Assembly: GCA_041586955.1 (NCBI GenBank)
Contig: JBFGZE010000086.1
Coordinates: forward strand, 1-13,367
DNA: 13,367 nucleotides
Reading direction: 5' to 3'
Source of the DNA: Bacteriovoracaceae bacterium
GTDB lineage: Bacteria > Bdellovibrionota > Bacteriovoracia > Bacteriovoracales > Bacteriovoracaceae
Shown here piece after piece: positions 1 to 6,454 of this stretch. The notes below the pieces were generated by a model, which did not search any database, was not told where the DNA came from, and was given only the letters and a program-made list of their open reading frames with translations. The first letter of the stretch is position 1. Each line of letters starts with the position of its first letter. The position numbers and the translations under genes are program-made.

Positions 1-1524
1 TACGTCACAGACCAGAAAATAAAAACATCTATTGGATCAAGTAATATCCTTCTGAGTGGTGTATTGAAGGTGGTCAAAGTACTGATGACCAGAAAAGTTA
101 ACAAAGTTTTTAATAAAGCTTTAAAGAAAACATTAAGGAAAATATCAAACTCATTTGAATTTAACGAAGAACTAAGAAAACCTACTCCTGAATATTTAAA
201 GTATTCCGTTGATCAATTGAGTGATGATGACCTTCTTGCAACCATACTAAATATAGAAGAAAAGATTCATAAGCAAAATTTATCCAACGGGATTTTAGTG
301 GGTTCGGTACTGAGTAAGGATGATACCTCTACCTGGTATGAGGCCTATGGCCCTAATGGAACAGGTAATAAAGGGGAGGTCGTCGCAATCGAAGGGTATG
401 GTGACTCCGCAATTTGGAGCGGCACTTATTTGGCCTCTCAGGCGTTCAGATATTCTGTCATGAAAGATAAAGAAGCCCTGAAGAGCGTCAAAATGGCACT
501 TGGTGGTGTTGAACACCTTCTTGGAGTTAACGGCTTCACAGGGCTACTTTCAAGGGCCGCAGCTCCTATTAATAGTATGCTTGGTAAGTCTATTCAAAAA
601 AGCAAGTTTTATACAACTAGCACCTATATGGGAGAGCGCTGGGTAAATTATCATGGTAATCGTAACGGTATTTCTCGTGATCAATACACTGGTGTTATTT
701 TTGGCCTGAGCTTGGCCTATGATCACGTCGATGATCCTGCAGTAAAAAAGAAGGCGGCCTATTTAATAAAAATAATTATGGATTATATTATTGGGAATAA
801 TTGGCTTGTTTTTGAAGATCGTGGAGACTTAACAATTGCGAGAAGCATTTCAGGAAGAACAAGTTTTCCGACTCAATGGTTTATGATCAATTATCAGCGT
901 TTAAATATGTTAGTCATTGCCGATCATATCCACCCCGGCAGATATGAAAAAGAATTAGAAAAATACAGTAAACTTTCAGAAACCGCTGAATTCTTTTTGT
1001 ACTTTTCCTCGATGGATAATCATCATGGTTATTATAAATTTAATCTCTTTAATACAAGTATCTATAATTACTTTAGGTTAGAAAAAAATCAAAAAAGAAG
1101 AAAAGATATAAAGAGCGCTTATGATATGGTTAATACTCATATCGGGCACCATGACAATTCTTATTTCAGTCTTATTCAGTATAGTTTTGCTCCAAAAGAG
1201 GTATCACTAGAAAAGCGACAACGAATCAAAACAAATATTTTTAGACTATTGCAACGAGCTCATCGATATATTTCGATTCCTGGTGCTGATTATACTGATA
1301 TTGAGTACATCACAGTTCCGGGACGGCATTCAGGCGATGAGGATGTCAGGATTTCAAAATATCCACTCGATGTGAGACAAAGGAATGGTTCGGGCAATTT
1401 CATTTGGCAAAGAACTCCTTATGAAGTTGGCAAACCATTTAGTGGTAGAAATATTAAGAGAGAGACTCCGGGGATTGATATTACTCTCATTTACTGGATG
1501 GGACGCTTTCACAAACTTTTCTAA
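1..1524 (+). CDS. Uncharacterised protein, 5'-truncated; probable all-helical (alpha/alpha)-barrel, glycosidase-like C-terminal region
   Basis: Frame 1 is open from base 1 (YVTDQKIKTSIGSSNILLSGV precedes the TTG at 64), so the true start is probably upstream of the window. Motif-like blocks: GDSAIWSGTYLASQAFRY, GLLSR, SRDQYTG and C-terminal PGIDITLIYWMGRF. The fold assignment is inference. Confidence 0.6.
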   Translation, partial: YVTDQKIKTSIGSSNILLSGVLKVVKVLMTRKVNKVFNKALKKTLRKISNSFEFNEELRKPTPEYLKYSVDQLSDDDLLATILNIEEKIHKQNLSNGILVGSVLSKDDTSTWYEAYGPNGTGNKGEVVAIEGYGDSAIWSGTYLASQAFRYSVMKDKEALKSVKMALGGVEHLLGVNGFTGLLSRAAAPINSMLGKSIQKSKFYTTSTYMGERWVNYHGNRNGISRDQYTGVIFGLSLAYDHVDDPAVKKKAAYLIKIIMDYIIGNNWLVFEDRGDLTIARSISGRTSFPTQWFMINYQRLNMLVIADHIHPGRYEKELEKYSKLSETAEFFLYFSSMDNHHGYYKFNLFNTSIYNYFRLEKNQKRRKDIKSAYDMVNTHIGHHDNSYFSLIQYSFAPKEVSLEKRQRIKTNIFRLLQRAHRYISIPGADYTDIEYITVPGRHSGDEDVRISKYPLDVRQRNGSGNFIWQRTPYEVGKPFSGRNIKRETPGIDITLIYWMGRFHKLF

Positions 1525-1550
1525 AGTTATTATTGTGGTTTGAGATGCTC

Positions 1551-1563
1551 TAATTACCTGATT
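1551..1563 (-). promoter_or_regulatory. Candidate IHF-binding site
   Basis: The reverse complement AATCAGGTAATTA matches the IHF consensus WATCARNNNNTTR. It is intergenic, upstream of the Trp-rich gene. Chance matches are plausible in AT-rich DNA. Confidence 0.3.
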
Positions 1564-1606
1564 TCTTTGCTTGTTCTTAGGTATGGAGATTGTCCATTAT
1601 TTCCTA

Positions 1607-1659
1607 TTGAATAAAGTTTAAAGCTTCCTTAGAGTTATTATTATAAATAATAAAAGGAG
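1607..1659 (+). promoter_or_regulatory. Putative sigma70-type promoter and Shine-Dalgarno sequence of the Trp-rich gene
   Basis: TTGAAT (1607-1612), 17-bp spacer, TAGAGT (1630-1635). SD AAGGAG at 1654-1659, 6 nt before the second ATG (1666). Confidence 0.45.
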
Positions 1660-1662
1660 TAA

Positions 1663-1923
1663 ATGATGGAAAGTAATTGGACAGCTCAAGTAAAAGTAAA
1701 GTGGCTTGGAAACAACACACCCGAAGATTGGTCTTGGTTAAAAGATTGGTCAGAAGTTAAATGGGCCTGGTCGACAATGGGTGAATGGGATATGACGCTT
1801 TGGTTAAATGTAAACAATCCGAATGAACTAGAAGAATTTGTAACAAATAAACTTCGTTCAAAAGATTGGGTTTCAGACACTTGGTCGACCTGGGTTAAAG
1901 ATGTTTGGCATCAAGCGGCCTAA
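1663..1923 (+). CDS. Stand-alone Lrp/AsnC ligand-binding (RAM) domain protein, tryptophan-rich
   Basis: The pattern L..WSEVKWAWSTMGEWDMTLWLNVNNPNELEEFV..KL....WVSDT.S fits the AsnC C-terminal pattern (L...peV......tG.yD....v...d...l..f....l....gV..t.t). No HTH. Strong SD; SD spacing favours the ATG at 1666 as start. Confidence 0.8.
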   Translation: MMESNWTAQVKVKWLGNNTPEDWSWLKDWSEVKWAWSTMGEWDMTLWLNVNNPNELEEFVTNKLRSKDWVSDTWSTWVKDVWHQAA

Positions 1924-1940
1924 AATAAAAATAAAATTAA

Positions 1941-1979
1941 CGAATGGTTAGGCCTAGTTGTAGATGCTCTGGCCATTCG
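1941..1979 (+). terminator. 3' stem-loop downstream of the Trp-rich gene (terminator or stabilising hairpin)
   Basis: CGAATGGTTAG (1941-1951) pairs with CTGGCCATTCG (1969-1979), including two G-U pairs, and there is an inner CTA/TAG stem. No clear U-tract on the + strand. Confidence 0.45.
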
Positions 1980-2313
1980 CTTAAGCATACTAAAAATTAA
2001 TTTGTTAGATCAATTGAAAGTAAAGCGATCCTTTAACTAACTTTAAACTTTATCAAATAAGATATAGCTTCTGCCCAAGTTTATGAGGATTAAGCTGGCA
2101 TTGGTCATGTCAGTTCTGAAGAAACTATCCATTCATGCTCTTCATCAAGAAACACTAAACCTTTTAATAATTTTTCTTAGCTACTAAAAAAAATAATAGG
2201 AAAAGAATATTTCTAATTCCGCTAAGTGAAAAGTATTTGCAGATCTATTTACCTTTGTGTCGATGGATTTTAATGTTAAGCATAGGTTCGCTATTTTGAC
2301 CTGTTTACATTTG

Positions 2314-3972
2314 CTAGATAATATTCTTGGCGAATTTTTCCATGACTTTCACCAAAGCGGGTAATTTTCGTTTGGCATATTGAATACACGTTTGGCCATT
2401 AGGGTCTTTATCATTGGGGTTGGCACCATTTTTTAAAAGAGCTATGGCCGAGGCGATGTCTCCACGTTGAATCGCCAAATGTAGATAGGTGCGCTCTTTA
2501 TAGCGGTTTTGAATACGGGCGCCTGCTTTCACTAGAAACTCGATAGCGGGAGGGTGACCCCCGAGTACCGCTTCGAGTAGAGGTTCTCTTTTTTCATCAT
2601 CTTTATCGTGAATCTTTGCTCCCTTGGCGAGGAGGATTTCGCAAATTTTTACATGGCCATTTTTTGCAGCGTAATGGAGTGCTGTTTTACCATCGGGGCT
2701 TTTGAGTTTTAAGTCGCCACCCTTTTCTAAGAGCGCCTTAATAATTTCTTCATTACCTTGTGTGGCATAAATCATTAAAGGGGTTATTCCATGTGCCGTT
2801 CGGCGGTTGACATCATCGCTTTCCATTTGTTCGATCACTTCAAGGAATGACTTTTTCATTATGTTTTTATGAGATTGACTATTTGTGCCCCCCCCTGAAC
2901 CTTTCACCCGAATAATATCTCCCGACGTATCTTCATATTTTCCTTTTAGATGATAAATCTGATCTTTAATTTCTTCAGGCCCTAAACCTTTAATCAGATT
3001 TTTTTTGGCGAGTATCGCCTGCGCGGGGTGGCCTTCTGTCAGGAGGACTTCATCATGATAGATTTCTCTATTTTCTGTAATTAAGGAACCAATGTTAAAA
3101 TGTTCATCTAGAGTTTGATTTAGCGCTGATTCAAATTCATTGAGGGGGTCATTGGATTGGGCGGTATCTTTAGTATACTCGACAATAATATCGGGTTCAG
3201 CACAGATCGTCTCTGGGGATTCAAGCCATGTGCGAACCTTTTCTGCCATTTCCAAGATGGAGCCTTTTTTAAATGGCTTGATAAGGGCATCAAGGACGAG
3301 GGTACTACGCTCAACAATTCGCTGGCCTTCTTCTTTTTTAAGGTATTGGCTGGTGATAATAAGCGGTATATTTTTATTAAGGATATTATCTTCACTTTCA
3401 ATATATTGAATGATTGAATCACTCGTTTGGTTGACTCCGAGGATGACGTCGAGAAAGCCACACAAGAAGGGGACATGCTTGAGAAGATATTCAGCTTGCT
3501 CCGAAGTTTTACAAGTATAGAGACGGTAATTACTGTGGTGGGTATCAAATTTAGCAAATGCGAGGATATCGGGATCATCGTCGACAATCAGGATATTCTT
3601 TAAGGGTGATCCCTGGATACTATTGAGGATCTGAGCTTTTGAAATAGGTTTTTTTAAGGTATCAACAATTTGAATACCCTTCTTTTTTAATTTTATTCCA
3701 TAATCCGTTTGCATATGAGCGGACATGACGATGACTGGAGGGGACGAAGGCATTTGCTTTAATTTGCTAAGCACCTTTTCGCTGGTGAGGTTTTTACCCA
3801 TGACAATATCAAGAAAAACACACAGAAATTGGTTTTCATCCAATTGTTTTATGGCCTCTTCAGGATTCTTCGCCGCAACCATTTCATAGGAGTGACCACT
3901 AATTGCAATATTAAAAAAGTTGAGAATATCTTGGTCATCATCTACAACCAAAATTTTTGGTAACATTTTCAA
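2314..3972 (-). CDS. Response regulator with two receiver domains and about five C-terminal ankyrin repeats
   Basis: REC1: ILVVDDD..FLD55..MSA..KP. REC2: ILIVDDD..FLD175..TS..KP. Ankyrin starts GITPLM, GKTALHYAAKNGH, REPLLEA, RTYLHLA and GQTCI are spaced 32-33 aa apart. An AGGA SD lies 7 nt before the TTG; ATG at 3966 is an alternative start. Confidence 0.9.
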   Translation of the reverse strand: MKMLPKILVVDDDQDILNFFNIAISGHSYEMVAAKNPEEAIKQLDENQFLCVFLDIVMGKNLTSEKVLSKLKQMPSSPPVIVMSAHMQTDYGIKLKKKGIQIVDTLKKPISKAQILNSIQGSPLKNILIVDDDPDILAFAKFDTHHSNYRLYTCKTSEQAEYLLKHVPFLCGFLDVILGVNQTSDSIIQYIESEDNILNKNIPLIITSQYLKKEEGQRIVERSTLVLDALIKPFKKGSILEMAEKVRTWLESPETICAEPDIIVEYTKDTAQSNDPLNEFESALNQTLDEHFNIGSLITENREIYHDEVLLTEGHPAQAILAKKNLIKGLGPEEIKDQIYHLKGKYEDTSGDIIRVKGSGGGTNSQSHKNIMKKSFLEVIEQMESDDVNRRTAHGITPLMIYATQGNEEIIKALLEKGGDLKLKSPDGKTALHYAAKNGHVKICEILLAKGAKIHDKDDEKREPLLEAVLGGHPPAIEFLVKAGARIQNRYKERTYLHLAIQRGDIASAIALLKNGANPNDKDPNGQTCIQYAKRKLPALVKVMEKFAKNII

Positions 3973-3981
3973 GACATCTTC

Positions 3982-4284
3982 CTATTCAAAAGTTATTTGT
4001 AATGTATTCATGAATTGCTGGTATTCAGTAATTAAGTTTATCATATCATCTTCTTTCTGTTGCATAGCTGCAACTTCTAGCTTGGTCCCTAATTCTGATA
4101 AGTGACTAAGGCCATAGCTACCAGCATTACCTGCCAATTTATGCGCAATGGTTTCGATAATCTTAAAATCCTTAATTGATAAGGCCTCGCTTAGTTGAAT
4201 TAAATCTTTTCGGCGATTATCCAAAAACATGGGCATAATTTCTTCAAGGTCTTTATCAATACGAATCATATTTTGATCAGACAT
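3982..4284 (-). CDS. Stand-alone Hpt (histidine phosphotransfer) protein
   Basis: 100 aa helical protein with the Hpt signature AH48KLAGNAGSYG..LS.LG..LE. SD GGAGG. 9-bp gap to the REC-REC-ankyrin gene. Confidence 0.9.
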   Translation of the reverse strand: MSDQNMIRIDKDLEEIMPMFLDNRRKDLIQLSEALSIKDFKIIETIAHKLAGNAGSYGLSHLSELGTKLEVAAMQQKEDDMINLITEYQQFMNTLQITFE

Positions 4285-4310
4285 AATTTCCTCCGTCTTA
4301 GTTCTATTTT

Positions 4311-4323
4311 AATCAAGAATTTA
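4311..4323 (+). promoter_or_regulatory. Candidate IHF site in the divergent Hpt/OmpR promoter region
   Basis: AATCAAGAATTTA matches WATCAANNNNTTR. Overlapping TATAAT hexamers on both strands lie at 4327-4334. Confidence 0.3.
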
Positions 4324-4394
4324 AAAATTATAATACTTTATTTTTATTACCTATTTGAGGTAAAATTAGTGTAAAAGTCTCAAGGATATGCAGG

Positions 4395-5078
4395 GTGAAA
4401 AAAGTATTATTAGTTGATGATGATCTTGATATTCATAATATTATCAAGCATGCATTGCAGGGGGAATATAACGTCCTCGCTGCAGAGAACCTCAGTCAGG
4501 GCGCTCAGGTAATTTTGGAGCATGAAATTGATTTGATTGTTTTAGATGAAGGATTACCTGATGGTTCGGGTACAGCTTTCTGCTATAAACTGAAGAATGA
4601 AATGGGTAGGAAAAGAATTCCTATTCTCATGTTGACTAAACGGCAAGAGTTAAAAGATAAGATTATGGCCTTCAATTCAGGTGCCGATGATTATATTGTT
4701 AAGCCATTTGAGCCATTAGAGCTTTTAGCGCGCGTAAATGCCCGTCTAAGGGATATAGAAGAGCAAAATGACAACCTCCATTACTATGGAGATTTGGAAT
4801 TAGACCTAACTTTGCAACGTTTATCGATTCGCAAAGGCACCGAAGAAATACCTGTTGAAATGACCCCTATTGAATTTAAAATCCTCTACCAATTGACGTT
4901 AAGAGACAGTCGGGTGATGAGTCGTGAAGATATTCTTAATACCGTATGGGGAAAAAATTCTGTGGTTTCCGATCGTACCGTTGATCAACATATTTCTAAA
5001 ATTCGCAAGAAATTGGGGGCATCGAATTATACGATTAAATCGAGTCACGGTCAGGGCTATTTGCTAATTAAAGAGTAA
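4395..5078 (+). CDS. OmpR/PhoB-family DNA-binding response regulator
   Basis: REC domain (LLVDDD, LIVLDEGLPDG, MLT, GADDYIVKPF) plus winged helix (MTPIEFKIL, SREDIL..VWG, DRTVDQHISKIRKKL, GQGY). GTG start. Confidence 0.95.
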   Translation: MKKVLLVDDDLDIHNIIKHALQGEYNVLAAENLSQGAQVILEHEIDLIVLDEGLPDGSGTAFCYKLKNEMGRKRIPILMLTKRQELKDKIMAFNSGADDYIVKPFEPLELLARVNARLRDIEEQNDNLHYYGDLELDLTLQRLSIRKGTEEIPVEMTPIEFKILYQLTLRDSRVMSREDILNTVWGKNSVVSDRTVDQHISKIRKKLGASNYTIKSSHGQGYLLIKE

Positions 5079-6446
5079 TTGATGAAAACTCAGCATGCGC
5101 TATTTATTTGCCACCAGCCTTTATTACAAGATTTATTTTCTTTAAATCTCAAATGGTATCTTGGATTTGAAGTCTGCTTATGTGCCGACCCGGTTCAAGC
5201 GGATAGTTTTTACCAAAAGCGTAATTGGGACCTGGTGATCTCTCTGGACCGGATTGTTGGTCGGGATATGGGCAAGGCCATTGATGAATGGCGGAGAGTA
5301 AAAGCAAGCGATCATCCTATTTTCATTCTGGGGAAGAATTCAATTCTCTCTGATACGAGTGATATTATTACTATTGAAGGTAATCTCAATATTAAAAACT
5401 TTCTCCAAGTTATTGCCAAAGAGATGAAGGTTACGGCCAGGGAAATGGCACAACGTAAGACCAGTGAATTTGTCTCATTTCCTTTGCGTTTAATTAAGGC
5501 CAATAACCCCTTAACGGTGACACTTTTTATCCGCACTAATAAAGAGGGACAAACGGCCGAATATGCACCAATTGGCATGCCGGGACAAATTTTGGGTAGC
5601 AAAATAGAGCAATATAATAAACTAGGAATCGGTGAGATCTATATTCAATCTAATGATCGTTTATCTTTGGTCAATTCTCTCTCTACTAATATTCTACAAA
5701 CTTTAAAAAACCGCTCTGGTGCTTCAACGGCTGATCAATTGGGAGCCGCCGAATTAGGTTTTGAATTATTAGCGGAAAACTTAACTCAAGATGGCGCTTT
5801 AAAAAAAGAAATTATGGCATTGTCGCAAGAGTGCCTCGAGACTATTGATGAGATCGTTGAAGAAGTTCAAAGTTTAGGTGAATTAATGCGAGGGCTTAAG
5901 GCCCAACAAAGTGGAAACCTTTATTCTCATAGTATCTTTTGCTCCTTTGTGGCAACTAAGACTCTTGATCATCTGGAATGGGGCGCCAGGGAGCATAAAA
6001 ATATTTTAAATTTTGTCCTTTTTTATCATGACATTTTTCTTGCGCCTCTTTATGACCGGTTTCCGGACGTCGAAGTTGAGCATGAATTATTATTTCACCC
6101 GGGACTAACGGCCGAAGATAAAGAGTTAGTGATGAACCATGCCCTTTTAGCTGCCGAGGCCTTAAAGAAATACCCAAGGGCGCCTATCGGGGCGAGTAGT
6201 TTAATTCTCCAGCACCATGGTATGAGCGGTGGAGTTGGTGTCGCCTTAGAGTATAAAGACGATCTCTCTCCCTTGGCCAAAGTAACTTTAGTCTGTCATA
6301 TGGCCGTTGATTTATGGATGCAAAATCGTTCTAAACCAAAGAAGGAGCTGATGGTGATGATTTGCGGAGAGTTAAAAAAGACTTTCCCGCGGGCGACTTA
6401 TCGCGAAATAATTAAGGCCTTCTCTCAAGTTGATCTTGGTTCTTAA
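5079..6446 (+). CDS. Pseudo-receiver plus degenerate HD-GYP-like (HD-domain) protein
   Basis: N-terminal REC-like pattern without the acidic pocket (FICHQ..WDLVISL..PIFILG). C-terminal YSHS, FYHDI, MNH and QHHGMSGGVGV. It abuts the OmpR stop codon (TAA TTG ATG); ATG at 5082 is a possible start. Confidence 0.75.
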   Translation: MMKTQHALFICHQPLLQDLFSLNLKWYLGFEVCLCADPVQADSFYQKRNWDLVISLDRIVGRDMGKAIDEWRRVKASDHPIFILGKNSILSDTSDIITIEGNLNIKNFLQVIAKEMKVTAREMAQRKTSEFVSFPLRLIKANNPLTVTLFIRTNKEGQTAEYAPIGMPGQILGSKIEQYNKLGIGEIYIQSNDRLSLVNSLSTNILQTLKNRSGASTADQLGAAELGFELLAENLTQDGALKKEIMALSQECLETIDEIVEEVQSLGELMRGLKAQQSGNLYSHSIFCSFVATKTLDHLEWGAREHKNILNFVLFYHDIFLAPLYDRFPDVEVEHELLFHPGLTAEDKELVMNHALLAAEALKKYPRAPIGASSLILQHHGMSGGVGVALEYKDDLSPLAKVTLVCHMAVDLWMQNRSKPKKELMVMICGELKKTFPRATYREIIKAFSQVDLGS

Positions 6447-6454
6447 ATATCTAT

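Noticed and set aside
64..66. TTG at 64 as the start of the first gene, and TTG at 13291 as the start of rlmK
   Set aside because: Both frames remain open to the window edge with plausible coding sequence, so the genes are treated as truncated.
295..516. Short ORFs overlapping real genes (295-516, 1686-1880, 3920-4105, 5312-5602, 5956-6177, 6095-6280, 7255-7759 set, 7863-8072, 10108-10296, 10893-11102, 12535-12729, 13093-13275)
   Set aside because: Each overlaps longer genes with stronger coding evidence and has no independent support.
1663..1984. Trp-rich ORF plus hairpin as a trp attenuator leader
   Set aside because: The ORF is 86 aa with a recognisable folded domain and no tandem Trp codons, and no same-strand gene lies downstream to be attenuated.
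1..2313. Possible low-GC horizontally acquired island at the left end
   Set aside because: Spot counts of GC vary widely from line to line, and there is no integrase, tRNA or flanking repeat. It cannot be supported without computing composition.
3120..3587. 155-aa alternative-frame ORF, plus antisense ORFs 3140-3409 and 3157-3417
   Set aside because: All lie inside the well-supported REC-REC-ankyrin gene and show no recognisable motifs; they are shadow ORFs.
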